A stretch of 64,000 nt of DNA from Amphiscolops sp. MND2022. Its lineage: Eukaryota. Below the pieces are notes generated by a model. That model did no database searches. It saw only the letters and a program-made list of their open reading frames with translations, and was not told where the DNA came from. Both the position numbers and the translations under genes were made by a program. This document shows positions 1-12,548 of this stretch, one piece after another (the first letter of the stretch is position 1; each line of letters starts with the position of its first letter). The stretch spans positions 59,150,001-59,214,000 of the forward strand of contig OZ076409.1 of assembly GCA_964187785.1 (NCBI GenBank), written 5' to 3'.

Positions 1-3000
1 AAAAATCAACTCAAAGCTGGATTATGTCTTTCAACAACTCAAATGTGCAGCTAACATTAATCTGGCTTTGGCTTTGTGTTGAAAAATATCGAAGACGCTA
101 GCTGTCGTTATTTTTATGCACACGAGAATAACACTCTGTTGGAGAAGTCTAAATTGCTGAGTACTGGAGACGACTTGGAACATATTAAAACATTGCTTGC
201 AGGGAAAGATCTCATTGAGACATGTACCCGCAAACGAGTCAACACAAAGTGGAAGTTCTTTAAACTGACAAAGGTGACAATCTTTGCTGCCCTACTCAAA
301 GATATTCCAATGGGTTGTAAAGACTGTAAAGATGCAGTGCTGCATGAACCTCTATTAAAAAATCGGACTGTCAACTGCCTCACATTTGAGCAAAACACAA
401 GGCAACCTTATAATGACAATTTATGCTTGTTCAGAGCCTTGTGCTCACACTTGCACGGAAATGAACGGCTAGAGGAGGAGACAAACAAACTGTTTAATCT
501 CTACCTCCAAAAGAAAGACGGAATTTAACCAGCGTCATTTCAAGGTGTTTGCATGGATGATATACCAACAGTAGAGGAAATATCTGGACTCAATATTTTC
601 CTTTACGATGTTGACATTGTAGAAGGATCCCTTGTCGGTGAGCTGGTGAGAAGGAGTGTACAGAAGCATCCCAGTACGGTTCGGTTGTTACGCTATAACA
701 GTCACATTTGCAATGTAGCAAACCCTCACGCACTGTTTAACGCTTTCAGTTGCCCGACGTGTGATTGTTACTTTAATCGTCCAGGCAATCTTGAACGTCA
801 TTTAACCACTTGTCAAGAGAGAGTGAAACAAGTGTATCCAAAAAGTGTGTATCAGCTGAAAGAAACACTTTTTGACAAGTTGGATTCCTTCAATATACCT
901 TACACTGACGAGCAGCAACTGTTTAAGAATGTTGCAATATTTGATTTCGAGTCAATTTGTGTACGGAAGATGGCTTCAAGACACAGAGACAACAAGATGG
1001 ATTGGAAGACATGTTCCGATATCTGTATCAATCTCCTCCAACTTATTACAAGAGCCCATTTTTATTTGCAACTCCAACCCTCGTGATCTAGTGTCATCTT
1101 TTGTGAATGCATTGGAAAATCTGGCAGCTCAGAGCAAAGTTCAGATGCGAATGACTTTCCTTGAGATAGAAACTGCAATAGAGAGTCGACTCTCACATGT
1201 AATGGGACTGTTGAACGAGCGTCGATCGAGGCGAGAAGCTACATTTACATTTCAAGATGAGTGTTGTGAAGCAGATGAGTCATCAGAGGGGAAAGATGTA
1301 TCTACACAGTTCCTACATATGCAAAAGAAGCAGTTGATTCAATTGCAGGAACACTTTGAAAGATACTGTAATGTACTGCCAGTGTTTGGATTCAACAGCG
1401 GAAAATATGACATTAACCTGCTCAAGAAGTATCTCTTGCCAATACTCGTGGAGGACAAAGATATTGATCCTATTGTGATCAAGAAGGCAAACCAGGACGT
1501 GTCATTCAAGTTTGGCGATGTTCAATTATTGGACATTCTGATTTTTCTTGGAGGTGCAACTAACCTTGACTCTTCCCTTAAGGCATACAAGACGGAGGAG
1601 ACAAAAAGTTTCTTCCCCAATGAATGGTTCGATGACGTGGAGAAACTATCACTTGATCATCTTCCACCGTATGAATGCTTTTACAACAAACTGCGCAATT
1701 GTAATCCATTAGAGAAGGAGTATCTGGATTACGAGAATTTGGTGCAGACTGGTTTGTCACAAGAGTCTGCAATGCAAAACTGCGCATAACTCGTCCACCG
1801 CTTACGGGAGAGCAAAATTATGCGTAACTCGTTGAAGTATGGGAAAGAGAAAAAATGACAACATTTAAGGATTTCTTGCGATGGTACAACAACAAAGATG
1901 TTATTCCCACACTTGAAGCAATGCAGAAGTTGATTGATTTTTATCACCATGAAGGAATTGATATGTTAAAGTTGGGTTGTACCCTACCAAATTTAGCAAA
2001 CATTTGCCTACATAAGTCTACCCGTGTCAAATTCTACCCCTTTACTGAAGCTGACAAGGACTTGCTGGAGAAAATTAGAGACGATATGGTCGGTGGTCCC
2101 TCTATTGTTTTTACACGCAGAGCTGTAGTGGACGAGACTTTTATCCGCAAATCGCAAAATGTGTGCAAGTCCATTGTTGGCATTGACGCTAGTCAACTTT
2201 ATCCGTTTTCAATGTGTCAACCCATGCCTGCCGGTCTCTACACCCGATACGAATACGACTCTGATTCGCAACGATTCAAGCCTCGTCAAAACAAAACACG
2301 CAGCTTTGAAAATATGGTCATGTCCTATTTTCAACGTCTTCGCCCCGAATGTAAAATTAAGAGCAATATTACTACCGGAACCCAAAAGAAAATTGATTGC
2401 TTCAGTGCTGACGGTTTTTTTAGTCACTGCAATACAGTCTTTGAAGCAATGGGTTGCTACTATCATTACTGTCCCTGTCAGGAGACGCGTCCATCTCTGA
2501 GCGACAAAGAATTAGAGCGCGGTAATAAACGACGAGAAATGGACGAAATGCGGAGAGATTTCATTCGTGGAAAAGGATTTAAAATTGTGGAAATGTGGGA
2601 GTGTGAATGGTGGAGGCTCAACAAGACGGAACCCCTTGTCAAGCAGCATCTCAGAGATATGTTTCCATACAAGTTACCGCTAAGAGAGGAAGGTTTGCTG
2701 CAACGCATCAAAGATGGAAACTTGTTTGGTTATGTGCAATGCGATATTGAAGTGCCGGAACATCTGAGGAAGAAATTTGCAAACTTTCCACCCATTTTCA
2801 AAAATACAGACGTTAGCAGGGATGACATTGGACCTTTAATGAAAGAGTATGCTGAAAAAAACAACCATCTTTCTCAACCTCGCCGAATGTTGATATCAAG
2901 TTTCCATCTAAAGAATGGTACTTTGATCACTCCGCTATTTTTATTTTATTTCGATTTAGGACTGGTCTGCACAAAAATATACCGCTTTGTGGAATATACT

Positions 3001-3911
3001 CCAATGAAATGCTTCAACAAGTTTGTGCAGTCAGCAGTGAACGCTAGACGAGAGGGTGATCAAAACCCAAATTCAACTGTTGTTGCAGAGACAATGAAGC
3101 TGCTTGCCAACAGCTCCTATGGTTATCAGATAATGGATAGGAGTCGTCACACAGTGACAAAGTATCTGAACGATGAAAAACCCATACAGCAATAAACAGC
3201 AAACTGTTTAAACGACTGAACTGCATAAATGACGATTTATACGAGGTTGAACTTGCTAAAACTGAGGTAGAGCATAAAGAACCCATAATTGTAGGTTTGT
3301 TCATTTTGCAGTATGCAAAGCTGAGGATGCTTGAACTCTACTACAATTTCGTTAAAGAGTTTTGCAATGACGACATGTATGAAGAAATGGAAATGGACAC
3401 GGACTCACTCTATCTGACGTTAGCTGAAAACAGCTTGTATGATTGTATTCAAGAAGACAAGAAGGAAGTGTGGGAGTTTCTCCGCAGCGAGGACTGCAAT
3501 GACAATTTTGTAGCGGATTCCAGTGGTAACTTTTTCCCACGCACGTGCTGTGAAAAGCACAAGAAGCACGACAAGAGAGAGCCAGGTCTTTTTAAAGAAG
3601 AGTTCCGCTGCACTGAAATGTTGTGTCTCTGTAGCAAAACGTATTGTTGCTATGATGCAAAGTCGGACAAGTACAAATTCAGCAGCAAAGGACTGAACAA
3701 GCGTACCATTGAAGACTGTGGCGATGGACCAATGACCAAATATCGGAGAGTCCTAGCTGATCAAGATAACGTAACGAGCACCAACAGAGGTTTCAGAACT
3801 AAAGACCACAGTGTTGCAACATATGAACAGACAAAAAAGGGACTCTCTTACTTTTATCCAAAACGAATAGTTGAGGAGGATGGAATCCACACTGTTTCTT
3901 TAAACCTTTAA
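1..3911 (+). pseudogene. Polinton/Maverick protein-primed family B DNA polymerase (pPolB), disrupted; 5' end lies outside the window
   Basis: Motifs in order across ORFs 76-528, 553-1086, 872-1789, 1855-3195 and 3297-3911: C2H2 finger (CPTC..HLTTC), ExoI IFDFES, ExoII FGFNSGKYD, ExoIII WYNNKDV, PolA IDASQLYP, PolB KLLANSSYG, PolC EMDTDSLY. Stop at 526-528 and frameshifts near 965, 1780 and 3180. Confidence 0.93.
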
Positions 3912-3959
3912 AAGACAATTTTGTAAATTGATATTTTCTCTTAAGTAGGTATAGTACAT

Positions 3960-4554
3960 TTATACATTATAATTTAAACTTTTTTTCTATTCAAACATGA
4001 TTTTTTTTCCTCAACGTATAGTAGTCAAGTATTGAGCTAAACCCTTATGGTGGATAAGTTATTCCCGTGGCGTATAAAACATTGCGGGGGCGGATAAAAT
4101 ATTCCGCAGGCGGATAAAATATTGCGCGGGCGGATAAAATATTGCTCGGCGGCGGCGGCAGCCACCCAAAAATTGTAATTTTGCCCAAAATCTCACAGTG
4201 CCGAAAATGTCGCACAGTGCCGAAAAACCCTATTCCTTACCTTAAAACATTACCGAAGCTATTCCCTATCTTTATACATTGAACACATCTTTATACATTG
4301 ACAATCATGCTCATACCTTTGATCAGCCAATCAGAATCGAGCATGACCCGAGTCGGCAGCACGACTCGAGTCGTCAGCCAATCAGAATCGAGCACGACAC
4401 GAGTCGGCAAACAATCAGAGACGAACCCAAACAAATCCAGGGGTGGAAGACCCTTCTCGGCTTTCAGCTCGAGCCGAACGGCTATAGCCTATCTTAAAAC
4501 ATGGAGGGTCTTCCAACCCCCCCCCCCACCTGATCTGCTCAGCCTCTTAATACT
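3960..4554 (+). repeat. Polinton terminal repeat (element end after pPolB)
   Basis: Homologous to 9000-9594. Contains GGCGGATAAAATATT repeats, CCAAT-containing AGCCAATCAGAATCGAGCA repeats and a GGAAGACCCT/AGGGTCTTCC inverted pair, then a C-run, and ends ..CTTAATACT (a variant of ACTACT). Confidence 0.8.
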
Positions 4555-5305
4555 ACACTGTTTTTTTACAAATTTTTGACCTTATCAAGTCAATTTGGAT
4601 AGTCAATGGAAGGTGGCAATTTCGGAAATTTCCTACCCCTCAATGTACCAGAATGTTACAGATGAGAAATTTTTATTTTAAGACCCAATTTACTCCAAGA
4701 CGGCAACTGCGTACTACTTGAATCCTGGGTTTTATTCTTCCGTACCCGACATTGAGGAAGCAATGAATTTGCTTACACAAGAGAGAAACAATCACAATAG
4801 AATTTGCATCACTGGAAAAGTATCTCGTCGCACGCAATAAAGTGAACTTTCACTCATCATTGACGACTCTAGCCTTGTCATTTTCAGTACAGACTTGGGA
4901 AATATATTTGGTGGCGATGTTGGAGACGACAAGGGGATTTTGATACAAGGTAAGAGACCTCATGAGCCAAAATTAGCGTACAACATTGTTCGTATTCAGT
5001 CGCTAATGATTTACACTGATATTGTGGAGTAAAACATTGTTGGAGACACAATAGCACCCCTATTACGTTGCTTCCCTTTCATTTCCAAGCTGAAATCCGG
5101 AGACGTAATCAACACTGGACAATACATGAATTACCAAACTTTTAGTAACCCTCATTTTTGTCGCCTATTGAAAAATTCCTTTCATTGTATATATATATAT
5201 ATATATTGATCTGAGGGACACCTCGGTTGAAAAGATTCCATTTGTCTATGTTGGAATCACACGCCTTGTGCTAATGTTTAGGAAATTCTTTGACATTCAT
5301 TACTA
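4555..5305 (+). pseudogene. Polinton minor capsid protein (penton), 5'-truncated and decayed
   Basis: Manual translation gives ..QVNLDSQWKVAISEISYPSMYQNVT.. and ..SLMIYTDIVE*NIVGDTIAPLLRCFP....IDLRDT..KIPF..GITRLVLMFRK, typical of Polinton pentons. Contains stops and frameshifts. Confidence 0.8.
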
Positions 5306-5324
5306 ACAATAAACACTGTGCGAA

Positions 5325-5683
5325 ATGGTTGCCTCAAGAGACCTTGGACTACCGTATTATAGAGGAGTGACAAGACAACGCGGGAGAGGATTTGGAGCAC
5401 TTGCTCAAGTTATTGGGAGAACCGCAGTTCCTTTTGTTGAAAAATTATCGTCCCAGCTGCACGAAGAGTTGGAGCTGACTTGTTGGAGTATGCTGTCCCT
5501 AAAATGGCAGAGGTAATTAGTGGGACGAAAACTTTAAAATGGCTGTAACAAAAGTTGGTAAAAAAGACGTTGAGAAAACAACTAGTTGGCGGTAGCAAGA
5601 GAACGCGCAGATTCATTCCCGCACAATCCACCAACATAAACAGTCGCTCACGCAGAGACATTTTTACAAACATTTCACGCTAA
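5325..5683 (+). pseudogene. Polinton small basic core/pX-like (cupiennin-like) protein, frameshifted
   Basis: YYRGVTRQRGRGFGALAQVIGRTAVPF followed by an amphipathic segment, LVGG and a basic tail ending SRRDIF. Lies between penton and hexon. Confidence 0.7.
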
Positions 5684-5684
5684 A

Positions 5685-7012
5685 CAATACTTCACAAAAC
5701 AACTTTCGGTACCAACCTTTTGTGGCCGTTTCTGGTAGTTTTGGCCGTAACGTCCCAGTTGTCAATGACGTACTTTCCTCGCATGAAAAACAAATTTATC
5801 CTACAACGTCATTGGATGAAAACAGTCTCTAGTTTGAACTTCAAACTGATCGCAACAATTACATTGATTTGCGTCAAACGTATTTGTCTTTGGTACTCAA
5901 ACAGGAGAAGCATCGTGGATTTATTTGATCCGTAAAAAAAGGAGTCAAAGAGGAACACAATGAAGCACAAGATAAAAAGTCTGATGCCGACGAAAACGAG
6001 GTTCCCCTAATTAACCATGTGAACAACATTAAGCACTATATTTTCTCAATGTGGACGTTTTTATAAACAATCAGCAACTTTTCAATTCAAATTGACTTTA
6101 TGCTCATAAATCTTACATTTCCAACAATTTTAGAAGAGTCATCTCTGAGTACAAGGGAGTCCTACCTCGTGAAGGTTTTGACTTTGAAGCAAATCCAGCA
6201 GACGCAATGGATAACCACTTGGATGATCCATTCTTTTTAAGGAGAATGAAAATGTTCTCCAGACCAGACGGATTTATGCTGTATGGTAAATTGGGTGTCG
6301 ATGTTTTCACCACTTCAGAGCTATTGTACCCTAACTTGAAAGTTAGAATCCGACTCATTAGAGCTCGACCCAGTTTTTACATTAGTGACAATCCCAACGT
6401 TAGCCTTGGAATTGTGGATTGCTCGCTCTATAATTGCCGTATTAGACCCCAAGGAAGCGAATGGATATGCTAGCATACAGTCCTGTAGAATACAACTACT
6501 TGGAAACAATTGCCAAGACTTTTATCATTCCCGCCCGACAGAATCAATTTATACAAGAAAACATTTTCAACAATGCACCCATCCGACGATACGCCATAGC
6601 AATGAACACAAAATCTTCCTTTACGGTTTCCTTAACTGTAAATCCATACTGGTATCAGCAGTTTGGAATGAGACACATTAGAATACTACGTGGCGGTCAA
6701 TCTGTTGTTGACTATGACACGTCCGATAAATGCCGTCTCTAATTTACAACAATGAGATGAATGAACTTTTATGACGATTTACCTTCAATCCCAAATGACA
6801 ATTTCAAGGATCCCTATGTGCTCGTGTCTGATTTGACATCAATGCAAAACGCTACTGAATATTTCCACTATCCGGGATTGATTGGCGAACCATTGCGACT
6901 GAAACTCACCTTTAATGAAGCGCTCGAAAGTGTAACTGAAGTCATTAAATTGGGTCAACGAATGTCGTCGGTTGCAGTCGACAAGTTTAGCGTTTTCGGT
7001 AAAAATACCTAA
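5685..7012 (+). pseudogene. Polinton major capsid protein (hexon, double jelly-roll), decayed
   Basis: IYPTTSLDENSL*FELQTDRNNYIDLRQTYLSL; LYGKLGVDVF..LLYPNLKVRIRLIRARPSF; KTFIIPARQNQFIQENIFNNAPIRR; LRLKLTFNEALESVTEVI. Start position is approximate. Confidence 0.82.
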
Positions 7013-7107
7013 TATGGATGACATTGCATTACGACAGATTATTGATCGTTTTCCGCTCCTCAAATAACGGTACTTCGGCACTATTCCCTCTGATCGTGTC
7101 CCTAATC
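7013..7107 (+). pseudogene. Adenain 5' fragment, interrupted
   Basis: Same sequence as the start of the adenain at 8560 (MDDIALRQIIDRFPLLK*RYFGTIPSDRVP). Confidence 0.7.
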
Positions 7108-7937
7108 GTCCTATCAGCAAGTACAGTAGTTGAAACCAGTCAAACTATATTGAAAGCTTATGATGCTTTGACGTCATTCCGTTGATCTTATATTCACCAA
7201 ACCGTTAGAAAGCTTGTATTTAATTACATGGTGAACGTTTTGACACTGATTGACATCAATCGGGAGAACTTTTGTCACCGAAACTTCGTCAACATTTGTG
7301 TTTTTCAATTATCTTCAGTGCGAACTTGAAAAGTGAACAGTTTTCGTAAGTCTTGTCATTAATTGTTTTGTTGAGCCTGAAAGTTGAAACAAAGAACCTC
7401 AAGGCACCTAGCTGGGTTCAAAATTAAGTAGCTGGGGAAAATTTGACCGAAACAATAAAAAAAGTGCAGGAGTCAATCATGTTATCTGAGAATTCCCACG
7501 TAGAGTAAAACAAACAATGGGTGACATTCATCATGAGTTTTTTCCTGACGTTTTTTTTCTAGTTCGAAAACCCGGCCCAGGATCTACAAGTCCGATGCAA
7601 CCTCTTTGCTTAATATCTGATAATTGCATTTCTCATCCACCGTTTCTCATCCTCCCCCGAAAAACTCACACCTCGAACAAGCCAAATTTTTATAGGAAGA
7701 CCTCTAAATTTCATCTGAATGAAAGTTCTGACGCCGATTTTTTTTAGATTATGTATCAAGTAGCAAAAGAATAAGTTAGCCAAGTTAATGATACTGTACA
7801 AAAGTTCACAAGCGCCATACACGGAGCTATCACTTCTTCAACTGACTTCTTTATTACATTTCAACTGCCAAACATTTGTTACCCAGATTGGCTCATTATT
7901 AGCTTTTCATAGATCTCATTAAGATTTTTAATGGCAT
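7106..7937 (+). repeat. Near-identical copy of 10467-11299 inserted in the Polinton
   Basis: Direct sequence match; ORFs 7517-7747 and 10879-11109 are nearly identical. Confidence 0.92.
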
Positions 7938-8654
7938 CCTTGGAATTGTGGATTGCTCGCTCTATAATTGCCGTATTAGACCCCAAGACGATTATCACAA
8001 GAAGCGAATGGATATGCTAGCATACAGTCCTGTAGAATACAACTACTTGGAAACAATTGCCAAGACTTTTATCATTCCCGCCCGACAGAATCAATTTATA
8101 CAAGAAAACATTTTCAACAATGCACCCATCCGACGATACGCCATAGCAATGAACACAAAATCTTCCTTTACGGTTTCCTTAACTGTAAATCCATACTGGT
8201 ATCAGCAGTTTGGATTGAGACACATTAGAATACTACGTGGCGGTCAATCTGTTGTTGACTATGACACGTCCGATAAATGCCGTCTCTAATTTACAACAAT
8301 GAGATGAATGAACTTTTATGACGATTTACCTTCAATCCCAAATGACAATTTCAAGGATCCCTATGTGCTCGTGTCTGATTTGACATCAATGCAAAACGCT
8401 ACTGAATATTTCCACTATCCGGGATTGATTGGCGAACCATTGCGACTGAAACTCACCTTTAATGAAGCGCTCGAAAGTGTAACTGAAGTCATTAAATTGG
8501 GTCAACGAATGTCGTCGGTTGCAGTCGACAAGTTTGGCGTTTTCGGTAAAAATACCTAATATGGATGACATTGCATTACGACAGATTATTGATCGTTTTC
8601 CGCTCCTCAAATAACGGTACTTCGGCACTATTCCCTCTGATCGTGTCCCTAATC
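7938..8654 (+). repeat. Direct duplicate of 6404-7107 (hexon 3' half plus adenain start)
   Basis: Direct match. This copy retains a short segment (..GACGATTATCACA..) that is deleted in the first copy. Confidence 0.92.
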
Positions 8655-8950
8655 TGCCGAATGATACATTTACCATAGTCAATATTGAACCAAGTTACAT
8701 GTCTCGGAAGCACTGAGTAATGATTGCCAAGTTTAAACAGCAATTGTATTTTGCAGTATCTCTCGGTGGATCATGCAATTTTCAAAAGCAAGACTACCAA
8801 AAGATGGTTCCAGTAAAGTTACAGTCACATCCCAGCGTCTGCGGATTCTATGCCATATATTCAGCTTTTCATCTCATCAAGTTCCAGCAAGAGCAAATCA
8901 CATGAGCTCGCGACGTTAATGTACTCTCTTTCATTAGTAATTATATGTAA
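8560..8950 (+). pseudogene. Polinton adenain-like cysteine protease
   Basis: TIVNIEPSYMSRKH*VMI..LYFAVSLG..LQSHPSVCGFYAIY matches the adenain N..HW..YFDS.G..Q..CG.Y pattern, with stops. Confidence 0.82.
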
Positions 8951-8999
8951 CCCATGCTTATTGTAAAGTGCAGTTTGTACATGTGATTGTATTATTTTT

Positions 9000-9594
9000 A
9001 TACATTATAATTAAATTTTTTTCTTACTTAAACATAATTTTTTTCTTTGCAACAGAAGTCAAGTAATTGGTTCTACCACTATGGCGGATAAATTAATCCC
9101 GTGGCGGATAAATTTTTGCGGTGGCGAATGAAATATTCCACAGGCGGATAAAATATTGCGGGAGCGGGTAAAATTTTTCCCGCGAGCGGCGGCGAGCAAC
9201 CAAAAAAAAGTAGATTTGCCCAGAGTCTCACAGTGCCGAAAATTTCGCACAGTGCCGAAAACACCTATCCACTATCCTAAAACATTGCCGAAGCTATTGC
9301 CTATCTTGAGCACATCTTTAGACATTCGAAACAACTCGGCTCCATACCTTTTTACATTGTATCAGATTCGAGTAAGCCAATCGGAATCGAGCACGACCCG
9401 AGTCGACAGCACGACTCGAGTCGTCATCCAAACAGAATCGAGCACAACGAACCATCAAACACAAACCCAAGCAAATCCAGGGGTGGAAGACCCTTCTCGG
9501 CTCTCGGCTACAGTCGAGTAGCTATAGCCTATTGTTGAAACATGGAGGGTCTTCCATACTCCCCCCCACATGTTCTGCTCACCATCTTACTACT
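9000..9594 (+). repeat. Polinton terminal repeat (element end after adenain)
   Basis: Homologous to 3960-4554 and ends ..CATCTTACTACT, the canonical Polinton terminus. Confidence 0.83.
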
Positions 9595-9876
9595 ACGTTC
9601 TCAATGGAAATTTTGAACTGCAGAGACATTCAAAGGTAGATTTCGCAAACTGTAATTTTTGTGGTCCTTTTAGTTCAGTTTGGAGGCATTTTGATTGAAG
9701 TTCAAAGATTTTTCGACAGATACTCATCTTACCAACCTCGTTTTGTGATAGTTGAATTCTGTGGAACAACTTCTGTAATTTGGATATAATTTGAAACATG
9801 GCAAATGTTGAGGAAAAAAATCACGGCAGAGTTAGTAATTCTTTCTTCCCTATATTGAAATATATGCGGAAAAATT

Positions 9877-10434
9877 AACATGCCGGGACCGGCCCAAGTC
9901 GGCGCCATATGCAAGGCTCAAAAATAGCAAAAGGTCTTCCACGACTTAGTTTACAGTACTCGGAAATCGAAAAAGTAAAAAATAATGGACCGAGTGGCGC
10001 GCCGGGTTTTCCAACATCCATTCTGACGCAAAACAGCAAAAAAATTGAAGGGGGAAAATTTTTATTTTCGGGGAAAAATTACACAGTGCCGAAAAAACTG
10101 AAAGGAGGGACCCTTTGGGATTTTCCAACATCCATTCTGATGCAAAACAGCAAAAAAATTGAAGAGGGGACCATTAAGGGAGAAAAATTTTCCAAAAAAA
10201 GTCTCGCAGTGCCAAAAAAACTGAAAGGGGGACCCTTTAGTCTTGCCCGGTACTGTATGTTACGCGGTAAAACTGAAAAAAAACTTTTTGGTTCAGTTCG
10301 CTAAGCCAAATGGTGCAATTTGGTGCAATAACATTTTGTAGAACTTTTAAGAACTTTTGTTTTTCAGTTCGTGTGGATTAAAAAAAGAGTCACTATAATA
10401 GTCGTGTTTCACTCCATGAAGCGCCGACTAAAAA
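9877..10434 (-). mobile_element. Non-autonomous Helentron-like element (HINE/DINE-1-like)
   Basis: Asymmetric subterminal inverted repeats AGTCGGCGC/GCGCCGACT, terminal hairpin GCCGG-GA-CCGGC, A/T-rich ends and GGGGGACCC internal repeats. Same family as 61988-63788. Confidence 0.65.
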
Positions 10435-12548
10435 TGATAGATAGATTGAAACTGAAAACCAAGGGTTCGTCCTATCAGCAAGTACAGTAGTTGAAACCAG
10501 TCAAACTATATTGAAAGCTTATGATGCTTTGACGTCATTCCGTTGATCTTATATTCACCAAACCGATAGAAAGCTTGTATTTAATTACATGGTGAACGTT
10601 TTGACACTGATTGACATCAATCGGGAGAACTTTTGTCACCGAAACTTCGTCAACATTTGTGTTTTTCAATTATCTTCAGTGCGAATTTGAAAAGTGAACA
10701 GTTTTCGTAAGTCTTGTCATTAATTGTTTTGTTGAGCCTGAAAGTTGAAACAAAGAACCTCAAGGCACCTAGCTGGGTTCAAAATTAAGTAGCTGGGGAA
10801 AATTTGACAGAAACAATAAAAAAGAGTGCAGGAGTCAATCATGTTATCTGAGAATTCCCATGTAGAGTAAAACAAACAATGGGTGACATTCATCATGAGT
10901 TTTTTCCTGACGTTTTTTTTCTAGTTCGAAAACCCGGCCCAGGATCTACAAGTCCGATGCAACCTCTTTGCTTAATATCTGATAATCGCATTTCTCATCC
11001 ACCGTTTCTCATCCATCCCCGAAAAACTCACACCTCGAATAAGCCAAATTTTTATAGGAAGACCTCTAAATTTCATCTGAATGAAAGTTCTGACGCCGAT
11101 TTTTTTTAGATTATGTATCAAGTAGCAAAAGAATAAGTTAGCCAAGTTAATGATACTGTACAAAAGTTCACAAGCGCCATACACGGAGCTATCACTTCTT
11201 CAACTGACTTCTTTATTACAATTCAACTGCCAAACATTTGTTACCCAGATTGGCTCATTATTAGCTTTTCATAGATCTCATTATGATTTTTAATGGCATT
11301 ACTCTTGATTTTACCGATAATCATGAATGAATTCTCTTTACATTCGAATCATAGATAATCATTCATTGTTATGACTATGATAATAACTAGACTCCGCAAA
11401 AATTCACGCTGGAGGACCATTAAATTTGACGCTTCCGTGTCACGCTAATTCCGGCCCAATTTAATAATTCCACGGATTTCCTAGTCCACAATAAGAGAAA
11501 CTTTTTCGTGAAATTCTGCGGAACCTAGGGATAAGGAACATGATTTTCAATTCAATCTGTAACATTTTTGGTAGAATTAGTTCGATCACTTTTTGGATAT
11601 TGAAAATTCGTTGTTGATATACAGTATAAAGTGAAATGCTTCTCGAAGGTATTTGATTGTCGTCCTTGCTGCAACACCAGACACTCGAGCATGACCAATA
11701 CAAGCTTTGGGAATTAGATTGCTAACGGAAAAGATTGGAAGATTCTCTTCTGTACCGTTGTATCATCATTGTACCGTTCATCATTTTTCGAATAAAACTT
11801 TGTCAGAAAAGGTTGTCGACGAGACATTAGACTATAGTATTCTGGCAGACTAGAACAACCGGTTATAAGCTGCTGCAGTTCTTATATAAAGAAAATAAAA
11901 TTGGAGACAGGAGAGAAGATCAGCCTGCTAAATTTGAAAATGAGAATGATGTTAGAAAGAAAAATTTGTGTGCAGTGGTTTTCAAAATTTCGTATTGTTC
12001 ACTTAACTAGAAAGTTGTATGGGTCCGTATACAATCGAAGACTTTAAAAAGCCAAGACTTTAAATTATAAAAGGATCAAACACTTTCACAAAAACTCTGT
12101 AAAAGTAGGTTAACTCTTTCGAACAAAAATTTGACGGCGTTGCGCCTCAGCAACAAATGCCTAATTTTTGGGAAAAGGACTAAGCTTTGATTAAAATCGG
12201 AAAACTGCCTAACCTATTTCTAAAGCCCTCAAATCAGGTAAATGTCAAAACATCGTCTTTTGGATAGTCATATCTGACGTTATATGTGATGGTGTCAGAA
12301 TTTGAAGTGTCGATAGGAAGACGAGAATGGTGAAAAGATGCTCGATTATTCAATTGAGGGTTAAAAACCAGTTGAGTGGCGATAGAAGGCAGCTTATTGA
12401 AATCTAGATTTAGATTTTTTAAAATCTGCATTATATTCCCCCTCAACTAAGTTTTTTTGTCGCGCAACAGAACTGCTGCATGTACGATAGAAATGACCTT
12501 TGATCAAGTGTTAGTTCAATATTGTGCAAGAGTGATTGCGTGACAGGT

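Noticed and set aside
1..9594. Active, intact Polinton virus
   Set aside because: All genes carry stops or frameshifts, and no integrase or packaging ATPase is seen in the window.
9909..10304. Lys/Gly-rich ORFs here and at 63070-63824
   Set aside because: Chance frames in non-coding Helentron-like repeats.
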